DNA of 63,971 nucleotides, filler included, from Octopus bimaculoides (Eukaryota): the NCBI RefSeq assembly GCF_001194135.2. It is 3 parts of 3 records of this genome, joined end to end, with 100 filler letters (N's around TTAATTAATTAA, not from the genome) between each part and the next. Parts side by side here need not be neighbours in the genome. Positions count along the whole stretch, not along the records: positions 1 to 29,007 come from NC_068990.1; 2 more parts are not named here. One strand, given 5' to 3'. Under the pieces are notes generated by a model that was given only the letters and a program-made list of their open reading frames with translations, did not search any database and was not told the origin of the DNA. Positions 1 to 12,706 of the stretch are shown in pieces. The stretch's first letter is position 1. Each line of letters opens with the position of its first letter. Both the position numbers and the translations under genes were made by a program.

Positions 1-383
1 TGATGTTTCAATACCAGCAGATGACAACGTTTCTCTAAAAGAAATGGAAAAACTTTCAAAATACAAAGACCTGGAAATAGAGATAACTCGAATGTGGAAT
101 CTAAAAACAGAAACAATTCCTATCATAGTAGGTGCCTTAGGTATAATAAAAAAATATTCAGACAAATACATAACAAAAACACCAGGACTTACAAATATAT
201 ATAACATACAGAAAATTGCACTACTGGGTACTGCACACATTCTACGCAAAACACTTTCAATACAGTAAACATAAGAGCACCACAGCAAACCACAGCACAT
301 ACCCAAGGCGCACAGAGCTGCGCTCGGTAGTGAAGTGAAAGCACGTTATAAAAATAAAACTACTGAATAATAATAATAATGAT
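1..383 (+). mobile_element. 3' end of a Dong/R4-like non-LTR retrotransposon (restriction-like endonuclease C-terminus, 3' UTR, (TAA)n tail)
   Basis: Frame from nt 2 reads DVSIPADDNVSLKEMEKLSKYKDLEIEITRMW..IPIIVGALG..QKIALLGTAHILRKTL (stop 266-268), the typical RLE C-terminus. UTR runs into TAA repeats. Near-identical 3' copy at 57241-57359 (-). Confidence 0.85.
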
Positions 384-595
384 AATCCTTTCTACGATAG
401 GCACAAGGCCTGAAATTTTGGGGTCGAGGGCCAGTCGATCACATCGATTCCAGTGCGCAGCTGCTACTTATTTCATCGACCCCGGAAAGATCAGAGACAA
501 AGTCGACCTTGGCAGAATTTGAACTGAGAACGTAAGGACGGGCGAAATGCCGCTAAGCAGTTTGCAAGGGATGCTAACGATTCTGCCGGCTCGCC
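384..595 (-). mobile_element. SINE family A copy
   Basis: Reverse complement shows tRNA-like head (GGCGAGCCGGCAGAATCGTTAGC..GTTCTCAGTTCAAATT), central GGTCGA..TAAGTA motif and ATT tail; more than 15 related copies in the window. Confidence 0.9.
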
Positions 596-741
596 GACTC
601 ATCAATGACAATAATAATGATGATGATGAAGATGATGATGATGATGATGATGATGATAATAATAATAATAATAATAGTAGTAGTAGTAGTAGTAGTAGCA
701 GTAGTAGTAGTAGTAGTAATAATAATAATAATAATAATAAT

Positions 742-953
742 AATCCTTTCTACAACAGGCCTGAAATTTTTAGGTGCGGGGTAAGCCGATCACATCAACT
801 CCAGTACTTGACTGAAACTTAATTCATCGACCCCACTAAAAAATGAAAGGCAAAGTCAACCTTGACGCAATTTGAACTTAGGTCGTAAACATGGACAAAA
901 CGCCACAAAGCATTTTGTCTGGTGCAGTAAAGATTCTATCAACACGCCGCCTT
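742..953 (-). mobile_element. SINE family A copy
   Basis: Colinear with 384-595; separated from it by a compound GAT/AAT/AGT microsatellite. Confidence 0.85.
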
Positions 954-1160
954 CGATTTGTATTTCATATTAAGAAGACATAAACATGGTTTGCCCTCCT
1001 TAGATTTTGTAAAGCTGTTGAGAGATACAAGTTTATATTTAGTGCAAGTGATGTAAGTAAATTGAAACACTTTCTTCAGATTTCTGTTTCTGCAAAAGAA
1101 CAAAAAAATATGAAAAGATGGTGGAATCAACCTAATCTTTATGACGCTGGGTTAAACGTA

Positions 1161-1235
1161 TATTTTGGAGGTGAGATTTTACAGGTATTTTGGAGGTGAG
1201 ATTTTACAGATATTTTGGAGGTGAGATTTTACAGA
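1161..1235. repeat. 3 x 25-bp tandem repeat
   Basis: TATTTTGGAGGTGAGATTTTACAG(G/A) occurs three times in tandem. Confidence 0.95.
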
Positions 1236-1440
1236 AAGTAGTGCCATGCAGTGTATGAAGAAAAAAAAGCAAAACAAAAAGCACAAAGAAGGAACGCTAT
1301 CTCGCAGTGTTAAAAAAAAATGATATCTCGCAGTTTTAAAAAAAATGACATCTGGTAGTAAATTAAAATTAGTTTTCTGCAGTTATAATGTTCAAATCTT
1401 GAAAAATATATGTTGATGAAAAATAATATTCTTTTTTATT

Positions 1441-1597
1441 CTAGGAACAAGGCCCAATTCGCAAAGGGTACGTAGTTTATCGACCCCGAAGAGATGGAAA
1501 GCAAAGTCGACCAAAGCGGAATCCGAATTCAGAATGAGAGGAAATACCGATAATGATTTCGTTCGACGTCCTAACGGTTCTGCCAGCTCACCATCTT
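1441..1597 (-). mobile_element. SINE family A copy, internally deleted
   Basis: ATCGACCCCGAA..AAAGTCGACC..CTAACGGTTCTGCCAGCTCACC matches the other copies. Confidence 0.8.
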
Positions 1598-1901
1598 AAA
1601 TTACATAAAAAAAAATAATGTTGAAGTTACAATTTTTAAAAAATTTTTAGACAGTGTAAAATTACACACGCCAAACTAATTTATTAGCAGCTTTCTTCAT
1701 TATAGTATTGATATGTAAAGCAATGAAGATCCATATTGGTTAGAAGACCGAAACCCAATGATAAAATCTTGACTCAGAATATTTTAAAATGTATAAGTCA
1801 TCAGTTAATGTAAAATCTGTTTTAATTATAACTGAACATAAAAACAAACATTAATGTGCGTGTGCCTGTGTGTTTGTGTATGTGTGTGTCTGCGTTTGTG
1901 T

Positions 1902-1939
<38 letters not shown>

Positions 1940-2818
1940 ACATATATAATTTCTATAGCCATCTTATATCTTAATATATTAATATATTTTTATAACATCT
2001 TATTGTTTGTTACTATACATTTTAAACATTTTGAATTTTAGCGTTCGTTTTTCAACGTTTCTTTTTTTTTCTCATGAACGAATGGGAGGTAGGCTATCTC
2101 TTTTAACCCGGAGTAATCGTAGAAACCTCAGACGAGAAACCAGACCTTGTTGATCACATTTCGAAATCACNNNNNNNNNNATATATATATATATATATAA
2201 CTCTAAAATTTCAAATGCATTATGTATAACTATCATTAACTATATTCTCTGTGCAATGTGTTCTCAAATGTCTTCCTTTGCATAAAATTGGACTGAAGCA
2301 AAAATAACAAAGCGCCAATACTAAAAACAAAGGAAACACAATCCGACTGGTTGGTTGTAAAACATCGACTTTTCAGTATAAACGCAATGTAATACCCTAA
2401 TGACTGTGATAAATTTTAGCACTGTTACTTGTGTGAATAAACCAAAGTGGACGTATACAATATAATATATTTACTTCAAATCTACAGCTTACGGAAAGTA
2501 AACATGAACGAGATGAATATGCTAGGTGACGATAAAAGACACGCACCAAACACGTTTGTATTTAATAACTGTGTTGACAGAAAACTTTACAATATGCATT
2601 AAGTAAAAATAAGTATTGACTGAACTATTCGTATATATCTAGTTCGCTGTGTGTGATAATATTTGTCTATCACTTGCAGTTGTATGTTTTGCAGTGATTT
2701 TAATGTACGTATTGATTTATCATATTCCTAAGATCTGGATTTTTACCTTGTTTATTGTTATTTTTTTTTAATAATTTTCTTTCCATGTCATAATAGCATG
2801 TTGTTAATATTTCAATTA

Positions 2819-3022
2819 GAGCAACGAGCTGCTAGATTCGTTACGCGACATTTCGTCTGTCTTTTCGTTCTGTGTTCAAATTATACCTAGGTAAAACTTT
2901 GTCTTTTATCTGTTCGGGTTCAATAAGAAAATACGTACCAGTTGAACACTGGGACTGATGTTATTGACTTACTCCCTCGTCCCGAAATTGTTGGGTTTGT
3001 GCTAAAATTTGAAACCAATATT
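2819..3022 (+). mobile_element. SINE family A copy
   Basis: GAGCTG..GTTCAAATT..GTACCAGTTGAACACTGGG..TTGTGCTAAAATTTGAAACCAATATT. Confidence 0.8.
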
Positions 3023-3039
3023 TAAATGACTGTATTTAC

Positions 3040-3400
3040 GCCTGTATAAGACATGTAGTGACGCCTAGATCTAGACGCCATGTTGGAACATTCATCTGCG
3101 CATGCGCAAGGATTGGAGCCTTCCGAGGACCCGACGGAGGCCCCTTATGCGGATGCGCAATCATCAGCAGCAGCTAGGGTTCACCATCATTCACCCTCTT
3201 CGATGACGGTTTTTGGCCGGGCAGGACACAACTTAGAGCAGCTCCGTCGAGAATGGACCTTTAATGGCGAGCGGCACCACGAGTCTGTAATAATGCCTTA
3301 TTGCCTTGGTGCCTAACTACCAACTCTGCTGCTTCTTCACCTAGGTGTTCACGGCTACCGTTAACCAGAGATGGAATTATGTATGAAATTGTGAAGCACC
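3040..3400. promoter_or_regulatory. CpG/GC-rich island with NRF1 and YY1-like motifs (possible promoter or TE remnant)
   Basis: Local CpG enrichment; perfect TGCGCATGCGCA at 3097-3108; CGCCATGTT at 3076-3084. Confidence 0.3.
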
Positions 3401-3464
3401 CAGCAAGTGCTAAATCGCATTTTCTACAGACGCACTCCAAATTTAGTGTTAAATCTTAATACAA

Positions 3465-3509
<45 letters not shown>

Positions 3510-5634
3510 GTTGCTGCTGCTGCTTGCCATCCCTCTTATTATTATATCTATGGTTATTATTATTACTATTGCTGTTATTATTTTTTCCTTCATGACTTCC
3601 TCCTCCTCTTTCTCCTCCCTTTCTTTCCTACCATTCTCATTGATATCCTTTTTGATATGTCAGAGAATTTGAACTTTTTTTTACCCTAAACCTTTTAGGG
3701 TAATTTCTGTTTCATTTTAATACATACCAAACAGTATTCTCTGTAAATGTTAGGGACATAGTCTTACCAAATTACAGAAGAAAGTAATTCGATGTTTTAA
3801 CATTTTGATTTTTCCTTTGCACATTTATAAATGATGGCGCCACAGACCAAAGACACAACACCATAAGAATTAATAATTATTCTATAAAGATTACCGTCTC
3901 CTCCGTACTTTTGTGAAGCTAATGATTTGCAAATGGTCAGTTCGTCATCGAAGGCATAGAGACAAGCATGCTTTATCGTGGAAGACTATCAGTTGTCCAT
4001 GAATGCATGGCTCCCATCTCCGCACCAGTGCTGTTGTCTAAGGTAAAGTAAAGGGGTGACACTGTTTGGAGCTTATCGTTGTAGTTATCGTCACAAAACA
4101 AAATGTTGGATGAAATACCAGTGGAAGACGTTCTGTGTAAATGTACTAAAAAATCCGCTAATCTAACGAAATCTAACACATTATGGAAACTAGAAGACAG
4201 GAATAAAAATTCCGAATAAATTATTTTATTATTTAGTCAGGAAGCAATTATTCTTGCCTCCTCACCGGTACGAAAAACTGACTTAAAAAAAAAATCTTGC
4301 TAAAACCTATTATAGCATAACACCGGAAAAATGAATACTTGATCTGACTGAATGATTTCTAATAAATTACCTTAAACAAGGAAGATTGTTATTGCTGTGC
4401 CGCTGCAGTTTTTAAAATTTTGTTTGATTTTCTGACTATTGTAATTTTTTCTATTTTATAAACGCTACGAAGGTGGAAGAAATAAAATATATTTGCGGTT
4501 GCTTGGTATAGAACAGATACAGTTGTTGTTTTCCTTTGTTATATTTTATTTGATTTTTAGTGTTATTGAAGCTTTAGAGTTTATGATTAAAATACTTGTG
4601 CATCATTTTACATGTTTTAGCCTTCTCTGCATATAATGCTTAAAAAAAAAAATATAGTAATAACACGCCGTATTTTCGAATAGATTGAAACATCTGCAAA
4701 TAACATCGTTCATTTTGTTTGTTTATTGGTTTTTACGATTTACCCATTTAAAATGAACTTAAGGAAGAAAAGAAAGCAGAATGATGCTGTGAGTGTGGAT
4801 TTTAACAGTGAGAGGTATGTTACATGAAAAAAAAAAACTGTAATTACAATGCAAAACAAAGCCTTTTAATCTGACTACAAAATAGAAGAGAAAAATACGA
4901 GGAAAACTGGGCAAAGAAAAAGGAGCGAAGAGAATAGATTATAACAATTGAAGTGTTTAGTAAGGACTAGAATATAAACACTTTGGGATGAAACAGCGAA
5001 AAAGAAAACGAGAAAAGAAAATTGCTGTTTTTGATAGAGCAGGTGCAGATAGAAATAAGGACACATTTTCACACGGACTCTTAGTTGAGATAAAGCAATG
5101 GCTGCTAATGGCTGTGGAGGTTGGGGAAGGTACAGGAGAGGGGAAGAGGATGGGGGGGGGGAATTACGAGATATTCAGTTCAATCAAGCAAAATTTTGAC
5201 AACAGACAAGGATGTGCATCAAAGAGACAAATAGAACATATAAGAAAAAAAGAGGGGGGAGGAGAATTACGAAAGGAAGGGGAGGAAGTGGCGGTTTGTA
5301 AGATGAGTGAAGAAACGGAGAAAATTTGTAGACAGATAAGGCGAGAAAATACACGCTAAAGGGTGTAAACAAGACTTTGGACAGTCTCTTGAAGTGATGG
5401 AAAGAAAGAAAAAGAAAAAAATAGAGAGACACATCAGTAGATGGGGAAAAGCCAGGGAAAACCCCCATGTGTACTTGTGATACAGAGAATATCTCAATGC
5501 TGAATGGAAAGGGAATGGATGACGATGAAAGAGTGAGTGAGACAATTATTTAATGGTATGAAACACATTGATAGAAAATTTAAAATTGTACACAAGAAAA
5601 TAATGAAGCTTTGTTTTTTTTTTCTTAATGTAAA

Positions 5635-5810
5635 CGCATGCGTGGCTGTGTGGTAAAGAAGCTTGGTTCTCAACCGCATGGACCTCGGTTCAATACCACT
5701 GCGTAGCACCTTGAGTAAGTGTGTAATTGTTTTCTGCTATAGCCCCAGACCTACTAAAACCTTGTGAGTGGATTTGGTAAACGGAAACTGAGAGAAGCAT
5801 GTTGTGTATA
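5635..5810 (+). mobile_element. SINE family B (tRNA-derived) copy
   Basis: A-box-like GTGGCTGTGTGGTAA, B-box-like GGTTCAATACC, then ACCTTGAGTAAGTG..CCTTGTGAGTGGATTTGGTAAACGGAAACTG; related to 47792, 51440 and 62167. Confidence 0.85.
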
Positions 5811-6463
5811 AATATATACACAAGTTATAAAGTTCCCAACTATTTACTCATATTTTTATCCTGACATCTGTCTTTTTCATACGATTTTGTCCCAAACTGG
5901 CATGAGGCCACTCTAGTAAATGAGACTACAAAGAAAGAAGAGAAGAGAACTACAAATTCAAAAGTGGTCGATTGATAGCTTAAATGATTGAATATATTAT
6001 ACCATAGGAAAACAAGATGGTATTGGCTTGTTGTCTATTATCATTACTGCTGCTGATGTTAATGTCTTTTGTAAACAATGTTAAGTAATTTCATAGAGAA
6101 GGAGTTTCAATCTACTCCTTGCCTTCGTTAACATTTAGTCCTTAATTCAAGATCCATAACTCTGCCAGAGACAATATACCGAGAGGTAAACGATAATCCG
6201 AAACAGATCGGCTCTTCGAGAAAATAGGTTGTCTAGTTTTCCCCCCTTTTTTTTCTACGAATTTCATATATTTACTATCGTAATTCCGGTAATACTGGGG
6301 TACAACTCGTGTGATGTCTTTCTGGAATATTTTCATTGAAGTTATTAACTTTAGGCAGTATTTTGCGGAGTATCGCAGATGTTAAAAATACGAATATATT
6401 ACATATATATGGACTGGTGCTTATTTTGTAGCATTTATTAGAATTCATTATTACTGCTGACTA

Positions 6464-6680
6464 AAGGCAGTGAATTGCAGAATCGGTAGCGCGCCGAAAA
6501 AAGAAAATGCTTTGCGCCATTTCGTCCGTCTTTATGTGATGAGAACGAATGCTACTGCGGTCGACTTTGTCTTTCACCCTTTCGGGATCGATAAAATAAG
6601 TACCATTTGAACACTGGGATCGATATAATCGACTTAATCCCGCTCCCAAATTTGCTGGCCTTGTGCCAAAATAATCGATT
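6464..6680 (+). mobile_element. SINE family A copy
   Basis: Full head-core-tail match to the other copies. Confidence 0.85.
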
Positions 6681-6749
6681 GAGTAATTGCCTGTTAGATA
6701 GCTTCTTAAAAATCCTAATGATTTGAAATCATTATTACATCTGACTAAA

Positions 6750-6960
6750 AGCAGCGAGCTAGCGAAATCGTTAGCATGCCGGACAAAATGCTTATTGGCA
6801 TTCCGTCCGTCTTAACGTCTTGAGTTCAAATTCCACTGAGCTCCACTCTGCCTATCATGGTCGATAAAATAAATGCCAGTTGATCCATTGGGGATCGATA
6901 TAATCGACTTAACCCCTCCCTCGAAATTGCTGACCTTGTGCTAAAATTCGAAATCAACAT
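6750..6960 (+). mobile_element. SINE family A copy (tandem with previous)
   Basis: Full head-core-tail match. Confidence 0.85.
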
Positions 6961-7909
6961 GACATCCACTGATTTAATATGCAATGAGTAGGATATAAAA
7001 AATTTCGATTCGTCATAAATTCAGTGATGAAGTTATTGGTATTTGTTGAACTCTGAAATACGTATTTCCATATTTTAATCAGTTCTGATGTTATTTAAAA
7101 CTACACGAAAAAGTGTTTCATGGTTCTTTTGTAGCTTCATCTTTACTCTATAACTTTTGCTTGTCGTCTCTGAAATTTGAATAAATTTTACTTCATTTCA
7201 GATATATGACTTGGGAATGGAAACGAAACAAAACGGACGCATTTGTGTGAAAACCCAATACGTGGCTCATATTCGAGGGTGGAAAAACGAGAGTGAAGGG
7301 TATTCAGTGAATCGTTATGCTTTAACTTCCTATGAAATAAATACCAAGTTTGCTATAACGGGATTTTAAACACGGAACAAACACGAATGAAACTATATAC
7401 TGAAAAGTATTAAGTATGACACCCTACATTTTGCAGAGAAATTTTTCGGTGTTGGAACGCCTGAAAATTGATTAGAAACCATAGATAGTAAGGCTGATAT
7501 TAACATACAATACAGTGAGAAAGAAGGAAAATATAGTTTCATATAATCAAATAGAGAAGAAATATAATAGTTACATAGAGAAGCGAAAGATGTGATGCAG
7601 TGATAAGAAAGAAAAACGTTATATATTATTAGAAAGGAAGTTAGTTAATGAAAAACTAGTGAATCATTCACAATTAAATAGAAATAACTAAAGAAATAAT
7701 AAATACAGAAAGTAACACAATGTATAAATGATATCATTGCAATTGGTGCTTCATACTTGAAATTCAAAAACGTGAAAATACAAAGAATTGGCAAGAGACA
7801 AAATACGAACAAACTAAAACACCAATACGGAAATGAAATGGAATGAAATAAAAGTACAAAAACCAAACAATATATGTGTGTATGTGTGTGTGTATATGTG
7901 TGTGTGTGT

Positions 7910-7940
<31 letters not shown>

Positions 7941-7950
7941 NNNNNNNNNN

Positions 7951-7989
<39 letters not shown>

Positions 7990-8786
7990 GTTTGTGTGTG
8001 GTGTGGAGAGAGAGAAATAAAGGAAATAAAGAGAATAAAAATAGATAGAAAGTGTAAAATGTTTGATGAACCGAGCGAATATGTTTCAAATATGCATTTG
8101 ATGAAGTGTCGTTTTTGCACGGTCTTCTTCCTATTTGAGGAAAGTTGATCTGTAAAATGAGTAAACAATGTTTGCACATTCCGAACTAACATGGAGGTCA
8201 TTACACGTACAACACATCTTTATTTGCCGCCTCTAACAACGAATTGTGAAGAGCGCACGCCGAATTTGTAAATAATCAACAAGAGGAAGTAACCCCGCCA
8301 TGTTTCTCGTCTACTTCTGCTACTTTATCATTATCAACAGAAATAGGCAGAGGAACTAGAAAACAAATATAACAACGCAACTGATGCCAAGGTTTTTGCT
8401 TGTTTGGTTTTTTTTTCTACCACCCTGTTCTTCCTATCATTTTAACCTCAACAATCGGACGATATAACAACAGTAATCATTGTTACAATCAAATCAGAGA
8501 AGCGAATCAATAATCTCGACTAGAATTACGATAGTCATGTTGCTTTCAGTTGAAATATAAATGATATAACGAGCCTCATTCTGATAACTTTTAAGTTCTT
8601 CGTAAACGAGAATAAATGAATGCATATATAAATAAATAAATAAGAATAATGAACAAGAAACGTTAACATGAAAAGAAAGTTTGAGGGAGAGAGAAAATAA
8701 AGAACAATAACTCTACGATCATTGAAATAAATAAATGAAAGAGAAATAAATAAAAACAAATATGGCGTGCGCAAATTTCAAATTAC

Positions 8787-8882
8787 TATTGTTTGTTGTG
8801 TTGTTTCTCATGTGTCATTTCTGTTTACTCGTTAACACGAGAGACAGGAGGTCAGAGATCTATTTCCCGTCATCATGACCAC
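8787..8882 (+). repeat. About 96-bp segment duplicated at 9611-9720
   Basis: TATTGTTTG..TCGTTAACACGAGAGACAG..CAGAGATCTATTTCC..GACCA is shared, roughly 90% identical by eye; both copies end in (TAT)n. Confidence 0.9.
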
Positions 8883-8966
<84 letters not shown>

Positions 8967-9281
8967 CATCATCATCATCATGCATTTTTGCCTTCATCTG
9001 TCACACACTGCCATTTGGCAGTGATCTTAGGCGGTAAGCAAATATCCTGTGTTGATTTAAGCCGATGATATCGCTTCGGCATAGGCATTATGAAGTGCGA
9101 AAAATGAATCTTTCGGTGAGAAAAACTGAAATACGAGTCTTAACTTAGTTTTAATATAATCAAAGTGTTAAGTCTTAAATCCATCAACGTTAGCCGCAAT
9201 GATTTTAAAGATTGTTTAACTCTATACAAACCATAATACAGGAAGCTAATGATTGAAGTGGTTGTAACTATGAGCATCCCG

Positions 9282-9335
<54 letters not shown>

Positions 9336-9960
9336 GAGTGAGAGAGCACTACATGCCATCAAAGTCAAACCAGAATATACGAAGCCGTCTGGTATGGGTA
9401 CGCGAAAAACATGCATCAAAATCATATGTGCGCGACATGGTGATCTCATATCAAGATAGATAGCGCATGACTTTGAAGGTGGGGACCCCAGTTAGAAATT
9501 TCTTCAGATCGGGAAACCCGTCCCGGACAAAAGTTCGTTGAATAAGGCTTGTTGAAGGATGTTAAATGACACACCTATGTTTCAAGAGGGGAAATAAATC
9601 AAACCCCAAATATTGTTTGCAGTGTTGTTTCTCAAGTGTCATTTCTGTGTATTCGTTAACACGAGAGACAGACCAGAGATCTATTTCCTGTCATCACGAC
9701 CATGATTATTATTATTATCATGGTGCTATGGTGCTCCCCCACTGTTTCTCCTCCTGATCAGAGATGCACATACCGTCAGCTACCAAGGGTCACGCTCAAA
9801 TGATGAAGGTCAAACAGCTGACAAGCAATTCTGTGGTACTGAGCAGAATATTTATTCCTGCCCATCTTTTATACTAAGACAAAGCAATGCACATGATAAC
9901 ACTTGCAAACAGTTAACATCAGAATCCAAGACAGCCAGTGCCTAGTACTGTATCAGGGCA
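9336..9960. mobile_element. About 600-bp probable dispersed repeat embedded in (TAT/TAA)n
   Basis: Sharp boundaries with TAT repeats on both sides; non-coding; resembles a common Octopus repeat from memory; no second copy in the window. Confidence 0.5.
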
Positions 9961-9971
9961 TTATTATTATT

Positions 9972-10054
<83 letters not shown>

Positions 10055-10058
10055 TATT

Positions 10059-10272
10059 AAGGCGGTGATTTGGCAGAATCGATAGAGCGCTGGACAAAAT
10101 GCTTATCGGTATTTCGCCCGTCGCTACGTTCTGAGTTCAAATTTCGCCGAGGTCGACTTTGCCTTCCCTCCTTTCGGGGTCGATAGAATAAGTAGCAGTG
10201 AAACACTGGGGTCGATGTTATCGACTAGTCCCCTCCCCACACATATGAGGCCTTGTGCCTCCAGTAGAAAGG

Positions 10273-10275
<3 letters not shown>
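10059..10275 (+). mobile_element. SINE family A copy with (ATT)n/(GTT)n tail
   Basis: Full match ending CCTTGTGCCTCCAGTAGAAAGGATTATT. Confidence 0.9.
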
Positions 10276-10313
<38 letters not shown>

Positions 10314-10935
10314 TATTATTATTGTTGTTGTTGTTGTTTTTGTTGTTGTTGTTGTTGCTGTTTCTTTTCAGTTTTCACACGCTATATTCTATATTTTTGG
10401 TGTTTTCGATGATACCCTGACGGGCAAAACTTCAGCTGCGTATATGGAATTGAGAAGTCGGTGTTATAAAGAGGTCCAGTGTCAACACAAACAAATGTGG
10501 TGTTTAACAACACTGCCCCAGTGTCAGATCTACAAGCAATCGACGGCAGTTTAAAACTGCTCTGCACTATGGAATTGACTGATCACCAAATGCCTGTCTA
10601 AAGAAATTCAAGTCTGTATATTTCTGTATATCACCAATGAAAACCATAATAGTTGCAGCTGTAAAGCATTACATAATACTTCCGCTTGATGAAAGCTAAG
10701 TCAAGCTAAACATCGAAACTAGCGTAAAGCCATTACAAAGTAGTATGCAATTGGTGAAGTATTCCTCAAGTATGTGTGTCTTTAGTGTCAGCCTTAGGAG
10801 GTGGAATTCTCGTGACACAATGTAACAAAGGTGTTATCCGGCTAAATGGTTTCGGTCTACTCAATGTCAACCACAGTGTTTTGGAGCGACACTTAATAGT
10901 AAATATGACACTTTAGCAATATGCCACACAGTATA

Positions 10936-10988
<53 letters not shown>

Positions 10989-11592
10989 CTATATATAAAT
11001 ATATATATTTAGTAATAATAAATCTCTGAACGAGGTATAAATAGTATCTGCACGACAACGTGAAGTATATTTACCATTTAAATGTTGCTAACCATTAAGG
11101 GTGGATGCTACTGTAACATGTAGCCTCAGGAGGACACCTCCTCCAGCTGGCTATTGACACACTTTCTGTGCCCTATCAGTATTTGCAAAGGGAAGTCATC
11201 CTTCCCATCTTCGACCTGACGTGATATGCACGGACCCGGATTTCTAGGTATTTACCCGTCATTGCATGACAATCATCAGTCTTCGATGCGAAGTGGTCTC
11301 AATGCAAATACATATATCCTTTTTCCAGTGACGATTTCAAGGACGATTGAAAGTAGTAACAGGATTTCAAGTAGTAATGCAGTACAACCGTGTCAAGCGC
11401 CTCGTGGTGCGTTGCTACTTGAAATCTTGTTATGTATTTAGATTCAATTCACCTTAATTCGAGCAGTACGGATAATACGAGACTGACTGGTGCTTCAAAT
11501 GAAATACCTAATTCAACTATATATATGNNNNNNNNNNNNNNNNNNNNNNNNNNNNNNNNNNNNNNNNNNNNNNNNNNNNNNNNNNNNNNNNN

Positions 11593-11623
<31 letters not shown>

Positions 11624-12667
11624 GCACACGCGCGCGCGCACACAGACACACATATACAGTTAGGCCTTAATGACACTTAGGCATTCAGACGAACTTCGAT
11701 CATCTAGTGTGCTGAGTGTCATATAACTGCAATAAGGAAACGTAGGTAGAAACTAAACATCCATCCTTGTGTTGGGTTTATCTTTTCATTTTTCCCCTAC
11801 GTATCGATTGTATATTACATCCAGTAACTATAGACTAACCACTACGCAGGAAGCCGACTGATAATGATAATCTATGTGGAGCTTTAAATGTACGTCTTAC
11901 TTTACACACAAGATACATACACATACGTACATACATACATATATGCATATATACATGCATGCATGCATAAATAACTAGAGAAACGAGGTGTGGTATATTT
12001 ACGGAAAGAATAGAAAACTAGAGGCATCTTTATTTCTCAATTCAAACGAAAGTGTTTAAATAATGCTTGTTGTATTCATTGACCATTCTATCGGTTACAA
12101 AATATCACCGGAGCATAAACCTTATTTCTTGAGGTGAGAATACATACTAGATCCTTCTCGTATTATATTTCCATCTAAACAGCAGTTTCGCTTTCTAATG
12201 ATGTATAACTATTAGCAGTATATAACATTTATAAAGCAATCAAGTTTATGCATTACATATCAACAATGAATATTCTCACACCCTGCTTTTTAGGACGGGT
12301 CTTCTTTGTCCAGATAAAAATCTGTTTGTATCATCATGCATTTGGTAGATATTAAGTTAAAAGTAATATGACGATATCATTGATAGCATACATTTTATAA
12401 ACCGAGTGTGGTGAAGGCTGAACCACGTCAGAGAACGTCATTTTCCACCGTCAGCCATCACTCTGCGTAAGTGGCACACTTCAAAACTCCTGTTGTTTTC
12501 CCTTTGCACGTCTTAACACTGCGTCACGGGAGAGGCGAACATAGAATGTTCGCCGTTGGCAAAATTCGGAAGGAAAATGCAACATGCCTGAAGATATATC
12601 ATTCGAAAATCGCAGGAGGTAGCCATTATTCTCCTTATCAGCAAATTCTAACAACGCAATATATTTT

Positions 12668-12706
<39 letters not shown>

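Noticed and set aside
3790-4190. Protein-like open frames on both strands
   Set aside because: No recognisable motif, multiple stops and no convincing splice sites.
12534-12554. Perfect 9-bp hairpin as a Helitron 3' end
   Set aside because: No CTRR terminus at the expected distance on either strand.
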